This document shows positions 13,746-29,300 of a stretch of 64,000 nt of DNA, piece by piece (positions within the stretch are counted from its first letter, which is position 1; every line of letters begins with the position of its first letter). The stretch spans positions 7,502,001 to 7,566,000 of the forward strand of contig OZ024765.1 of assembly GCA_964016885.1 (NCBI GenBank). The letters run 5' to 3'. The notes under the pieces were generated by a model. It did not search any database. It was not told the origin of the DNA and saw only the letters and a list, made by a program, of their open reading frames with translations. A program made the position numbers and the translations under genes. Source of the stretch: Eledone cirrhosa. Its lineage: Eukaryota.

Positions 13746-15557
13746 TATCTCTATCTCTCTCTCTCTCTCGCATGGGTTAGAGACACGTTGTCCTGTTGTG
13801 AGACAAGCTGGGTCAGATGTTTTTGGCTTGGTTTCCACGGCTGAATGCCCTTTCTAATGCCAACCCCATTTACAGTGTGGACTGGAGGCTTTTTATCATG
13901 ACACCTACACAACCCTATTTACAGCACACATGCACTTATACACACACACATGCACACACACACGCACTTGTATTCTCATCTGACTCCTCCCTCTCCTAGA
14001 CATTCCCCATATTAACCCTTTACCATTTACATTACTCTATATATACTATTGTATTTTCACAGTAAAGGCTTTACCTCACATAATATTTCACATAACATTT
14101 ACATTACTCTATATATACTATTGAATTTTCGTGGTAAAGGCTTTACCTCACATAATATTTCACATAACATTTACATTACTCTATATATACTATTGAATTT
14201 TCACAGTAAAGGCTTTACCTCACATAATATCTCACATAACATTTACATTACTCTATATATACTATTGTATTTTCACAGTAAAGGCTTTACCTCACATAAT
14301 ATCTCACATAACATTTACATTACTCTATATATACTATTGTATTGTCACAGTAAAGGCTTTACCTCACATAATATCTCACATAACATTTACATTACTCTAT
14401 ATATACTATTGTATTGTCACAGTAAAGGCTTTACCTCACATAATATCTCACATAACATTTACATTACTCTATATATACTATTGTATTGTCACAGTAAAGG
14501 CTTTACTTCACATAATATCTCACATAACATTTACATTACTCTATATATACTATTGTATTGTCACAGTAAAGGCTTTACCTCACATAATATCTCACATAAC
14601 ATTTACATTACTCTATATATACTATTGTATTGTCACAGTAAAGGCTTTACCTCACATAATATCTCACATAACATTTACATTACTCTATATATACTATTGT
14701 ATTTTCACAGTAAAGGCTTTACCTCACATAATATCTCACATAACATTTACATTACTCTATATATACTATTGTATTTTCACAGTAAAGGCTTTACCTCACA
14801 TAATATTTCACATAACATTTACATTACTCTATATATACTATTGAATTTTCGTGGTAAAGGCTTTACCTCACATAATATTTCACATAACATTTACATTACT
14901 CTATATATACTATTGAATTTTCACAGTAAAGGCTTTACCTCACATAATATCTCACATAACATTTACATTACTCTATATATACTATTGTATTTTCACAGTA
15001 AAGGCTTTACCTCACAAAATATCTCACATAACATTTACATTACTCTATATATACTATTGAATTTTCGTGGTAAAGGCTTTATTTCACATAATATTTCACA
15101 TAATATCAACTGTATGAGATTTTGATGTTATTTATTTTGAGCACGATACCTTAACATCAGTATGAGCAGCTAGTTACGGCTGGTTTGAACAGAAAGAGGT
15201 GAGAGAATTCTGGCCAGATATGGCCGGTTAAAAGACTAAAGTGTTAAACATGCACACCACACCATCTCATCCCTCCCCCCCCTCCTTATTTTGCAGGAAT
15301 TCTACTATAGTAACATGGTAAACCTTCTCTGGCCGGTCACCAAAGTGTTGAACGACACAGCTAGTGCACTTAACTACCTGCAGCAAACTGCACAGGTTGC
15401 ACTGAGGAGACAGCAGGTGTGCAAACAAGGCGTCTTACCTTGTTTCCAGATGCATCACTTGCGCGAGCTAGTGCACATGTTTCACAAGATTACGGAAGGC
15501 AACATTTTGAATGAAAAGGTGAGATGGAAGAGGAGAAGGGACATCGTTGTGGACATG

Positions 15558-15605
<48 letters not shown>

Positions 15606-16950
15606 CCATTGTCATTGTCATAATCGTCATTGTCATCATCATTATTATTAAAAGGGCGATGGATTGGCAGTATCGGTTGAGGTCGGACGCCATGCTTTGC
15701 AGCATAGAGTTACGGCCCTTTACGGTCTGAGTTCAAATCCCGCCGAGGTTAACTTATTGCCTTTCATCCTTACGGGGGGTCGAGAAAATAAAGTGCCAGT
15801 AATGCGCTGGGATAATTGCTGGCCTTGTACCTAAAGTAGAAACGATTATTATCATTGTCACCATAACCACAGGGTGAGAGGTTTAGAACCAGTGATGGAT
15901 GTTGAGATGGCTGGGTCTTGTGTTGAGGGAGGATGAGAGTGACTGGGTGCAAGTGGAGTGATGGGGATGTTTGTAGAAGGAAGTAGAGAAAGGGGAAGAC
16001 CAAGAAAGATATTGCTAAAATGATGAAGGAGGAAATGAAAGACAGGAAGTTGGTGAAGGGTGCTGTATGTAGACAATAGAGCATTGGTTCCCAACCAGGG
16101 GGCCATGGCCCACCAGTGGGCCATAGCAACTTATTGGGGGAGCCACGGGAATTAACTAAAAATCACAAAATTTCATATATAAAAAAAGAAGAGTAGTTTC
16201 CTAACATAATTTTTTTCTTTTTCTTGCTTCAAATTTTTATATTCAACTTTTTATCAACTTTCTACCTTTTCTAATTATGATTTATAGGTCAACTGGGAAA
16301 CTATAACACATATAACCCTATCAGTGAAGTCCTTTAGTATAGGTCAACTGGGAAACTATAACACATATAACCCTATCAGTGAAGTCCTTTAGTATAGGTC
16401 AACTGGGAAACTATAACACATATAACCCTATCAGTGAAGTCCTTTAGTATAGGTCAACTGGGAAACTATAACACATATAACCCTATCAGTGAAGTCCTTT
16501 AGTATAGGTCAACTGGGAAACTATAACACATATAACCCTATCAGTGAAGTCCTTTAGTATAGGTCAACTCACAGAAGTATTACGGGTATGGAAAAAATTC
16601 TAAATAAGCCTATAACAGTCTCACTTCACTTGATAATTATTTAAATCTTGATATAACAATTTATGTTTTAGTAAATAAACTTAGTAAAGAAACTTATTTT
16701 TATAACAGAATATATATTATTTATTTTAGTAAATTATAGTAAAGTTTATAATAAATTTAAAATGATTCGATTGAAATAAAAAGACATGCCGAAATTATTT
16801 CTACATAAAAAATTTATATCAAAAATTTTAATTTTTTTTTCTTCTTTTTTTTTTTTTTGGGGGGGGGGGGGGGTCATACTGTTTTGCTATATCATTAAGG
16901 TGGAATTTATTATATATATATGTATGTATATATCTGTCAAATGTTTATTG

Positions 16951-17001
<51 letters not shown>

Positions 17002-17024
17002 GTATATATCTGTCAAATGTTTAT

Positions 17025-17073
<49 letters not shown>

Positions 17074-17137
17074 CTGTCAAATGTTGATTGTATATATATA
17101 TATGTAAGTATATATCTGTCAAATGTTTATTGTATAC

Positions 17138-17185
<48 letters not shown>

Positions 17186-17202
17186 CTGTCAAATGTTGAT
17201 TG

Positions 17203-17233
<31 letters not shown>

Positions 17234-17321
17234 GTATATATTTGTCAAATGTTGATTGTATATATATATATATGTATATATATATATGTATGTATATATC
17301 TGTCAAATGTTGATTCTATAC

Positions 17322-17375
<54 letters not shown>

Positions 17376-20300
17376 GTATGTATGTATATTTGTGTTGTTT
17401 TCTCCCCTACAGAGGAAGCTGATGAACTATGCTGGAGCTGTTGGTAAGGTGGACGAGGCCTATGGTTGTATAGACAACTACAACAAGGCCATAGATAAGT
17501 TGATGCCAATCTATAATGACTTAGTAGAACATGTAAAGATGTTGTTAGAAAACATTCAACAACTGAAGACGCTGCGCGAAGATGTGAGTGTTGTTGGTGT
17601 TACATAATTGGTGTCACTGTCATTGCCACCGTCACTGTCATTGTCACTGTCACTGCCACCATCACTGTCATTGTCACTGTCATTGCCACCGTCACTGTCG
17701 CTGTCACTGTCACTGCCACCATCACTGTCATTGCCACCATCACTGTCATTGTCACTGTCATTGCCACCATCACTGTCATTGCCACTGTCATTGCCACCAT
17801 CACTGTCATTGCCACTGTCATTGCCACCATCACTGTCATTGCCACTGTCATTGCCACTGTCATTGCCACCATCACTGTCATTGCCACTGTCATTGCCACT
17901 GTCATTGCCACCATCACTGTCATTGCCACTGTCATTGCCACCATCACTGTCATTGCCACTGTCATTGCCACCATCACTGTCATTGCCACCATCACTGTCA
18001 TTGCCACTGTCATTGCCACCATCACTGTCACTGCCACCATCACTGTCATTGCCACCATCACTGTCATTGCCACTGTCATTGCCACCATCACTGTCATTGC
18101 CACTGTCATTGCCACTGTCATTGCCACCATCACTGTCATTGCCACTGTCATTGCCACTGTCATTGCCACCATCACTGTCATTGCCACTGTCATTGCCACC
18201 ATCACTGTCACTGCCACCATCACTGTCATTGCCACCATCACTGTCACTGCCACCATCACTGTCATTGCCACCATCACTGTCACTGCCACCATCACTGTCA
18301 TTGCCACCATCACTGTCATTGTCACTGTCATTGCCACCATCACTGTCATTGTCACTGTCATTGCCACCATCACTGTCATTGCCACTGTCATTGCCACCAT
18401 CACTGTCATTGCCACTGTCATTGCCACTGTCATTGCCACCATCACTGTCATTGCCACTGTCATTGCCACTGTCATTGCCACCATCACTGTCATTGCCACT
18501 GTCATTGCCACCATCACTGTCATTGCCACTGTCATTGCCACTGTCATTGCCACCATCACTGTCATTGCCACTGTCATTGCCACTGTCATTGCCACCATCA
18601 CTGTCATTGCCACTGTCATTGCCACTGTCATTGCCACCATCACTGTCATTGCCACTGTCATTGCCACCATCACTGTCACTGCCACCATCACTGTCATTGC
18701 CACCATCACTGTCACTGCCACCATCACTGTCATTGCCACCATCACTGTCACTGCCACCATCACTGTCATTGCCACCATCACTGTCATTGCCACTGTCATT
18801 GCCACTGTCATTGCCACCATCACTGTCATTGCCACTGTCATTGCCACTGTCATTGCCACCATCACTGTCATTGCCACTGTCATTGCCACTGTCATTGCCA
18901 CCATCACTGTCATTGCCACTGTCATTGCCACCATCACTGTCACTGCCACCATCACTGTCATTGCCACCATCACTGTCACTGCCACCATCACTGTCATTGC
19001 CACCATCACTGTCACTGCCACCATCACTGTCATTGCCACCATCACTGTCACTGCCACCATCACTGTCATTGCCACCATCACTGTCATTGCCACTGTCATT
19101 GCCACCATCACTGTCATTGCCACTGTCATTGCCACTGTCATTGCCACCATCACTGTCATTGCCACTGTCATTGCCACTGTCATTGCCACCATCACTGTCA
19201 TTGCCACTGTCATTGCCACTGTCATTGCCACCATCACTGTCATTGCCACTGTCATTGCCACCATCACTGTCACTGCCACCATCACTGTCATTGCCACCAT
19301 CACTGTCACTGCCACCATCACTGTCATTGCCACCATCACTGTCACTGCCACCATCACTGTCATTGCCACCATCACTGTCATTGCCACTGTCATTGCCACT
19401 GTCATTGCCACCATCACTGTCATTGCCACTGTCATTGCCACTGTCATTGCCACCATCACTGTCATTGCCACTGTCATTGCCACTGTCATTGCCACCATCA
19501 CTGTCATTGCCACTGTCATTGCCACCATCACTGTCACTGCCACCATCACTGTCATTGCCACCATCACTGTCACTGCCACCATCACTGTCATTGCCACCAT
19601 CACTGTCACTGCCACCATCACTGTCATTGCCACCATCACTGTCACTGCCACCATCACTGTCATTGCCACCATCACTGTCATTGCCACCATCACTGTCATT
19701 GCCACTGTCATTGCCACTGTCATTGCCACCATCACTGTCATTGCCACTGTCATTGCCACCATCACTGTCATTGCCACTGTCATTGCCACTGTCATTGCCA
19801 CCATCACTGTCATTGCCACTGTCATTGCCACCATCACTGTCATTGCCACTGTCATTGCCACTGTCATTGCCACCATCACTGTCATTGCCACTGTCATTGC
19901 CACTGTCATTGCCACCATCACTGTCATTGCCACTGTCATTGCCACTGTCATTGCCACCATCACTGTCATTGCCACTGTCATTGCCACCATCACTGTCACT
20001 GCCACCATCACTGTCATTGCCACCATCACTGTCACTGCCACCATCACTGTCATTGCCACCATCACTGTCACTGCCACCATCACTGTCATTGCCACCATCA
20101 CTGTCATTGCCACTGTCATTGCCACTGTCATTGCCACCATCACTGTCATTGCCACTGTCATTGCCACTGTCATTGCCACCATCACTGTCATTGCCACTGT
20201 CATTGCCACTGTCATTGCCACCATCACTGTCATTGCCACTGTCATTGCCACCATCACTGTCACTGCCACCATCACTGTCATTGCCACCATCACTGTCACT

Positions 20301-23300
20301 GCCACCATCACTGTCATTGCCACCATCACTGTCACTGCCACCATCACTGTCATTGCCACCATCACTGTCACTGCCACCATCACTGTCATTGCCACCATCA
20401 CTGTCATTGCCACCATCACTGTCATTGCCACTGTCATTGCCACTGTCATTGCCACTGTCATTGCCACCATCACTGTCATTGCCACTGTCATTGCCACCAT
20501 CACTGTCATTGCCACTGTCATTGCCACTGTCATTGCCACCATCACTGTCATTGCCACTGTCATTGCCACCATCACTGTCATTGCCACTGTCATTGCCACT
20601 GTCATTGCCACCATCACTGTCATTGCCACTGTCATTGCCACTGTCATTGCCACCATCACTGTCATTGCCACTGTCATTGCCACCATCACTGTCATTGCCA
20701 CTGTCATTGCCACTGTCATTGCCACCATCACTGTCATTGCCACTGTCATTGCCACTGTCATTGCCACCATCACTGTCATTGCCACTGTCATTGCCACCAT
20801 CACTGTCATTGCCACTGTCATTGCCACCATCACTGTCATTGCCACTGTCATTGCCACTGTCATTGCCACCATCACTGTCATTGCCACTGTCATTGCCACT
20901 GTCATTGCCACCATCACTGTCATTGCCACTGTCATTGCCACCATCACTGTCATTGCCACTGTCATTGCCACTGTCATTGCCACCATCACTGTCATTGCCA
21001 CTGTCATTGCCACCATCACTGTCATTGCCACTGTCATTGCCACTGTCATTGCCACCATCACTGTCATTGCCACTGTCATTGCCACTGTCATTGCCACCAT
21101 CACTGTCATTGCCACTGTCATTGCCACCATCACTGTCACTGCCACCATCACTGTCATTGCCACCATCACTGTCACTGCCACCATCACTGTCATTGCCACC
21201 ATCACTGTCACTGCCACCATCACTGTCATTGCCACCATCACTGTCACTGCCACCATCACTGTCATTGCCACCATCACTGTCACTGCCACCATCACTGTCA
21301 TTGCCACCATCACTGTCACTGCCACCATCACTGTCATTGCCACCATCACTGTCACTGCCACCATCACTGTCATTGCCACCATCACTGTCATTGCCACTGT
21401 CATTGCCACTGTCATTGCCACCATCACTGTCATTGCCACTGTCATTGCCACTGTCATTGCCACCATCACTGTCATTGCCACTGTCATTGCCACTGTCATT
21501 GCCACCATCACTGTCATTGCCACTGTCATTGCCACCATCACTGTCATTGCCACTGTCATTGCCACCATCACTGTCATTGCCACTGTCATTGCCACTGTCA
21601 TTGCCACCATCACTGTCATTGCCACTGTCATTGCCACCATCACTGTCACTGCCACCATCACTGTCATTGCCACCATCACTGTCACTGCCACCATCACTGT
21701 CATTGCCACCATCACTGTCACTGCCACCATCACTGTCATTGCCACCATCACTGTCACTGCCACCATCACTGTCATTGCCACCATCACTGTCACTGCCACC
21801 ATCACTGTCATTGCCACCATCACTGTCACTGCCACCATCACTGTCATTGCCACCATCACTGTCACTGCCACCATCACTGTCATTGCCACCATCACTGTCA
21901 CTGCCACCATCACTGTCATTGCCACCATCACTGTCACTGCCACCATCACTGTCATTGCCACCATCACTGTCACTGCCACCATCACTGTCATTGCCACCAT
22001 CACTGTCATTGCCACTGTCATTGCCACCATCACTGTCATTGCCACTGTCATTGCCACCATCACTGTCATTGTCACTGTCATTGCCACCATCACTGTCATT
22101 GCCACTGTCATTGCCACCATCACTGTCATTGCCACTGTCATTGCCACCATCACTGTCATTGTCACTGTCATTGCCACCATCACTGTCATTGTCACTGTCA
22201 TTGCCACCATCACTGTCATTGCCACTGTCATTGCCACCATCACTGTCATTGCCACTGTCATTGCCACTGTCATTGCCACCATCACTGTCATTGCCACTGT
22301 CATTGCCACCATCACTGTCATTGCCACTGTCATTGCCACCATCACTGTCATTGCCACTGTCATTGCCACCATCACTGTCATTGCCACTGTCATTGCCACT
22401 GTCATTGCCACCATCACTGTCATTGCCACTGTCATTGCCACTGTCATTGCCACCATCACTGTCATTGCCACTGTCATTGCCACTGTCATTGCCACCATCA
22501 CTGTCATTGCCACCATCACTGTCATTGCCACTGTCATTGCCACCATCACTGTCACTGCCACCATCACTGTCATTGCCACCATCACTGTCACTGCCACCAT
22601 CACTGTCATTGCCACCATCACTGTCACTGCCACCATCACTGTCATTGCCACCATCACTGTCATTGTCACTGTCATTGCCACCATCACTGTCATTGTCACT
22701 GTCATTGCCACCATCACTGTCATTGCCACTGTCATTGCCACCATCACTGTCATTGCCACTGTCATTGCCACTGTCATTGCCACCATCACTGTCATTGCCA
22801 CTGTCATTGCCACTGTCATTGCCACCATCACTGTCATTGCCACTGTCATTGCCACCATCACTGTCATTGCCACTGTCATTGCCACTGTCATTACCACCAT
22901 CACTGTCATTGCCACTGTCATTGCCACCATCACTGTCACTGCCACCATCACTGTCATTGCCACCATCACTGTCACTGCCACCATCACTGTCATTGCCACC
23001 ATCACTGTCATTGCCACTGTCATTGCCACCATCACTGTCATTGCCACCATCACTGTCACTGCCACCATCACTGTCACTGCCACCATCACTGTCACTGCCA
23101 CCATCACTGTCACTGCCACCATCACTGTCATTGCCACCATCACTGTCATTGCCACCATCACTGTCGCTGTCACTGTCGCTGTCACTGTCACTATCATTGC
23201 CACCATCACTGTCATTGCCACCATCACTGTCATTGCCACCATCACTGTCATTGCCACCATCACTGTCACTGCCACCATCACTGTCATTGCCACCATCACT

Positions 23301-26300
23301 GTCATTGCCACCATCACTGTCATTGCCACTGTCATTGCCACCATCACTGTCATTGCCACCATCACTGTCATTGCCACCATCACTGTCATTGCCACCATCA
23401 CTGTCATTGCCACCATCACTGTCATTGCCACCATCACTGTCATTGCCACCATCACTGTCATTGCCACCATCACTGTCATTGCCACTGTCATTGCCACCAT
23501 CACTGTCATTGCCACCATCACTGTCATTGCCACCATCACTGTCATTGCCACCATCACTGTCATTGCCACCATCACTGTCATTGCCACCATCACTGTCATT
23601 GCCACCATCACTGTCATTGCCACCATCACTGTCATTGCCACTGTCATTGCCACCATCACTGTCATTGCCACCATCACTGTCATTGCCACCATCACTGTCA
23701 TTGCCACTGTCATTGCCACCATCACTGTCATTGCCACTGTCATTGCCACCGTCACTGTCATTGCCACCATCACTGTCATTGCCACCATCACTGTCATTGC
23801 CACCATCACTGTCATTGCCACCATCACTGTCATTGCCACCATCACTGTCATTGCCACCATCACTGTCATTGCCACCATCACTGTCGCTGTCACTGTCATT
23901 GCCACCATCACTGTCGCTGTCACTGTCACTATCACTGTCATTGCCACCATCACTGTCGCTGTCACTGTCACTATCACTGTCATTGCCACCATCACTGTCG
24001 CTGTCACTGTCACTGCCACCATCACTGTCATTGCCACCATCACTGTCATTGCCACCATCACTGTCGCTGTCACTGTCACTGTCATTGCCACCGTCATTGC
24101 CACCGTCACTGTCGCTGTCACTGTCACTGCCACCATCACTGTCATTGCCACCATCACTGTCATTGCCACTGTCATTGCCACCATCACTGTCATTGCCACT
24201 GTCATTGCCACCATCACTGTCATTGCCACCATCACTGTCATCGCCACCATCACTGTCATCACCACCATCACTGTCATTGCCACCATCACTGTCATCGCCA
24301 CCATCACTGTCATCACCACCATCACTGTCATCACTGTCATCACCACCATCACTGTCATCACCACCATCACCACCATCACTGTCATCTGTATTTTCACACT
24401 AAAGACTTTATCTTACACAATATCTCACATAATATCAAGTCTATGAGCTGTTGATACCTTAACATCTGTATGAGCAGCTGGTTTAAATGCTGAAGGGTTA
24501 CACATAAGGGGCCTGACCAAAACCCTGGTCTGCGATATTTTATCAATCCATCAGTGATACATATAAAATATTCTATATATATATATGGAGGCACATGGCT
24601 TAGTGGTTAGAGCATTGGCCTTGCAATTCTCAGACTGGGTGATGTGTTGATTCCTTGGGCAAGATACTTTATTTCACATTGCTCCAGTTTACTCAGCTGT
24701 AGAAATGAGATGATAGGGACTGGGGTCCCTATCATTCCACTGCAAAGTGGTCGTGGAGGGGCCACGGCAAAAAAGCACCCAGCACACACTGTAAAGTGGT
24801 CGTGGAGGTCCCACGGCAAAAAAGCACCCAGCACTCACTGTAAATGAGGTTGGTGTTAGGAAGGGCATCCAGCTGTAGAAATCAAGCCAGAATCAGTTCC
24901 CGTCCCACCCTTGCAAGCAGGGAAAAAGCGGACGTAAAATGAAATGAAATGAAATGAAATGAATCCCTTGTATAGTATGTACTCCTAATATTATTGATAT
25001 ATTACAGGTATTGACAGAAATCAGTGACTGTGAAAGTAACCTTGCTGATATTACAAAGGAAATTGATGAGGTTCAACAGATTATTGATGAGATGTGTGCT
25101 GGGGTAAGAGACCATCTTGTTTTAATTAAACCCCTCATTACCATATTTCTAATGAAAGACGCTGTCTATGTCTTTAACTCTTTCATTACCATATTTCTAA
25201 GGAAAGACACTGTCTATGTCTTTAACTCTTTCATTACCATATTTCTAATGAAAGACACTCTCTATGTCTTTAACCCTTTCATTACCATATTTCTAATGTA
25301 AGACACTGCCTATGTCTTTAACCCTTTCATTACCATATTTCTAATGAAAGACACTGCTTATGTCTTTAACCCTTTCATTACCATATTTCTAATGAAAGAC
25401 ACTGTCTATGTCTTTAACCCTTTCATTACCATATTTCTAATGAAAGACACTGTCTATGTCTTTAACCCTTTCATTAACATATTTCTAATGAAAGACACTG
25501 CCTATGTCTTTAACCCTTTCATTACTATATTTCTAATGAAAGACACTGTCTATGTCTTTAACCCTTTCATTACCATATTTCTAATGAAAGACACTGTCTA
25601 TGTCTTTAACTCTTTCATTACCATATTTCTAATGAAAGACACTGTCTATATCTTTAACCCTTTCATTACCATATTTCTAATGAAAGACACTGTCTATGTC
25701 TTTAACCCTTCCATTACCATATTTCTAATGAAAGACACTGTCTATGTCATTAACCCTTTCATTACTATATTTCTAATGAAAGACACTGTCTATATCTTTA
25801 ACCCTTTCATTTCCATATTTCTAATGAAAGACACTGTCTATGTCTTTAACCCTTTCATTACCATATTTCTAATGAAAGACACTGTCTATGTCTTTAACTC
25901 TTTCATTACCATATTTCTAATGAAAGACACTGTCTATATCTTTAACCCTTTCATTACCATATTTCTAATGAAAGACACTGTCTATGTTTTTAACCCTTCC
26001 ATTACCATATTTCTAATGAAAGACACTGTCTATGTCATTAACCCTTTCATTACTATATTTCTAATGAAAGACACTGTCTATATCTTTAACCCTTTCATTT
26101 CCATATTTCTAATGAAAGACACTGCCTATGTCTTTAATCCTTTCATTACCATATTTCTAATGAAAAACACTGTCTATGTCTTTAATCCTTTCATTACCAT
26201 ATTTCTAATGAAAGACACTGTCTATGTCTTTAATCCTTTCATTACCATATTTCTAATGAAAGACACTGTCTATGTCTTTAATCCTTTCATTACCATATTT

Positions 26301-29300
26301 CTAATGAAAGACACTGTCTATGGTTTTCAAATAATTTTGAAAATAATCAAGAATTTGGAAGGATTTAGTAATATAACTAACTTTCTCGTTATTAAGCCTT
26401 TCATTACCATATTTCTAATTCTCTATTCTATCAGTCAGGGCTGCAGGGCGGCCAGCACGTGGATCTCCATTTGCTTATAATAGTGAGAAATGTCTTGCTA
26501 ATGTGGTTCCATGAAGTAAAAGATGTCAAAAGTGTTAATAAACTTCCTATTTTCTGCTTTCCTGTCTGAACTTTAGCTAAACCCCATTTTCAAAGCTGCA
26601 ATCGCTACACTGAAGTCCATCCACAGGAAGGCCTGGCAGGAAGTGAAATCCTACCGACAGCCCCCAGAACCTGTAAAAGAAGTCCTCAAAGCTGTTTGTC
26701 TGCTATTCAACTGCCCAGAGAAGTTAGTACAGTATCATTTATGGGGGGGTGGGGGGATTCTTGTTGTGTTGGTGGCTATTGATGTTGTGGTGGTGGTTCT
26801 TGTTGTGTTCGTGGTTGTGGTGGTGGTGTTGGTGGTTGTGGTGGTGGTGTTGGTGGTTGTGGTGGTGGTTCTTGTGTTGATGGTTGTGGTGGTGGTGGTT
26901 CTTGTGTTGGTGGTGTTGGTGGTTGTGGTGGTGGTGTTGGTGGTTGTGGCGGTGGTGTTGGTGGTTGTGGTCGTGGTTCTTGTGTTGGTGGTTGTGGTGG
27001 TGGTTCTTGTGTTGGTGGTGTTGGTGGTTGTGGTGGTGGTGTTGGTGGTTGTGGTGGTGGTTCTTGTGTTGATGGTTGTGGTGGTGGTTCTTGTGTTGGT
27101 GGTGTTGGTGGTTGTGGCGATGGTTCTTGTTGTATTGGTGGTGTTGATGGTTGTGGCGGTGGTGTTGGTGGTTGTGGTGGTGGTTCTTGTTGTGTTGGTG
27201 GTGTAGGTGGTTGTGGTGGTGGTTCTTGTTGTTGTGGTTGTGGTGTTGGTGGTTGTGGTGGTGGTGTTGGTGGTTGTGGTGGTGGTGTTTGTTCTTGTTG
27301 TGGTTGTGTTGGTGGTGGTGGTGGTGGTTCTTGTGTTTGTGGTGGTGGCCGTATCCATCCATTCACCCAACCGACCAACCACCCACTTGTTCTATCATCC
27401 AACCAATCACCCCAACCATCCATCAAACTAACCATCCAACCATTGACCTCCTTCACCCACCAACCTGCCCCCAACCATCCATTGCTCCTAGTATGATCTA
27501 GCTACCCCTATTTACCTCCACAGCTGGAAAGAAGGCCAGGTCCTGCTGGTGGACTCCAACTTCATCAATCACCCCAACCATCCATCAAACTAACCATCCA
27601 ACCATTGACCTCCTTCACCCACCAACCTTCCCCCAACCATCCATTGCTCCTAGTATGATCTAGCTACCCCTATTTACCTCCACAGCTGGGAAGAAGGCCA
27701 GGTCCTGCTGGTGGACTCCCTCTTCATCAATCACCCCAACCATCCATCAAACTAACCATCCAACCATTGACCTCCTTCACCCACCAACCTGCCCCCAACC
27801 ATCCATTGCTCCTAGTATGATCTAGCTACCCCTATTTACCTCCACAGCTGGGAAGAAGGCCAGGTCCTGCTGGTGGACTCCAACTTCATCAACAACCTCG
27901 TCTACTACGACAAGAACAATGTCAGCGATGAAATGTGTGTGGGACTGAAGAGATACCTATCCAACCCATCTTTCACCAGCCAAACCATGGTACAGTACAG
28001 CTTGGCAGCCGTGTCCATACTGGAATGGTTGAAGGCCATCTATCGCTATTGCAGGGCTCAGCAGCTCTCGGCCCCGTTCAAAGAGACCCTCGAAAAGTTG
28101 AACGAAAAACAGAATCAGGTGCGTGTTACCTTTGGATTTCATGTTGTTGTTGTTGTGGTGGTGGTGGTGGTGGTGGTGGTAGTAGTAGTAGTGTGGTAGT
28201 GCTGGTGGTGGAGGGTGTGTGGTGGTGGTGGTAGTGTTGTAGTTGTGGTTGTGGTGGTGGTGGTAGTGTTGTGCTTGTGGTGGTGGTGGTAGTAGTAGTG
28301 TGGTGGTGGTGGTAGTAGTGTGGTGGAGAGGGTGTGGGGGGTAGTAGTGTGGTGGTGGTGGTAGTGTTGTGGTTGTGGTGGTGGTGGTGGTAGTAGTAGT
28401 GTGGTGGTGCTGGTGGTGGTGGTGGAGGGGGTGTTGGGGGGTAGTAGTGTGGTGGTGGTGGTGGTAGTGTTGTGGTTGTGGTGGTGGTGTTGTGGTTGTG
28501 GTGGTGGTGGTAGTGTTGTTGTGGTGGTGGTGGTGGTGGTGGTGGTAGTGTTGTTCTTGTGGTTGTGGTGGTGGTGGTGGTAGTGTTGTGGTTGTGGTGG
28601 TGGTGGTAGTGTTGTTCTTGTGGTGGTGGTAGTGTTGTGGTTGTGGTGGTAGTGTTGTTGTTGTGGTGGTGGTAGCGTTGTTGTTGTGGTGGTGGTAGCG
28701 TTGTGGTTGTGGTGGTAGTGTTGTGGTTGTGGTGGTGGTGGTAGTGTTGTTGTTGTGGTGGTGGTAGTGTTGTGGTTGTGGTGGTGGTGGTGTTGTTGTT
28801 GTGGTAGTGTGGTGGTGGTGGTAGTGTTGTGGTGGTGGTGGTGGTGGTGGTAGTGTTGTGGTTGTGGTGGTGGTGGTAGTGTTGTTGTGGTGGTGGTGGT
28901 GGTGGTGGTGGTAGTGTTGTGGTGGTGGTGGTAGTGGTAGTGTTGTTCTTGTGGTGGTGGTGGTAGTGTTGTTGTTGTGGTGGTGGTGGTAGTGGTAGTG
29001 TTGTTCTTGTGGTGGTGGTAGTGTTGTGGTGGTGGTGGTAGTGTTGTTGTTATATATATCTATCTATCAGCGAGCTGAAGATTCACACAAAGTGAAACAA
29101 TTGTTCTCAGTGTGGTGAACTAACTGTTGTCTTACTACTTCTATATATAAATGTATATATCGTCATCATCATCATCATCATCATCTTCGTGTAACGTCTA
29201 TCTTCCATGCTAGCATGGGTTAGACGGGAGTAGTCCCACTTGAGGCAAGGCTGGTCGGGTGACCGTGTCTCGCTCATATAGGACTATCTGGCAGGTTTTC

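Noticed and set aside
17588-24454. ORFs of about 2,270 aa (His-Cys, LPPS, VMVAMT) as real giant metal-binding or structural proteins
   Set aside because: They are a consequence of stop-free repeat units. Several frames are open at once, there is no unique domain or signal peptide, the region is a phase-consistent dynein intron, and read-through from exon 9 hits TAA.
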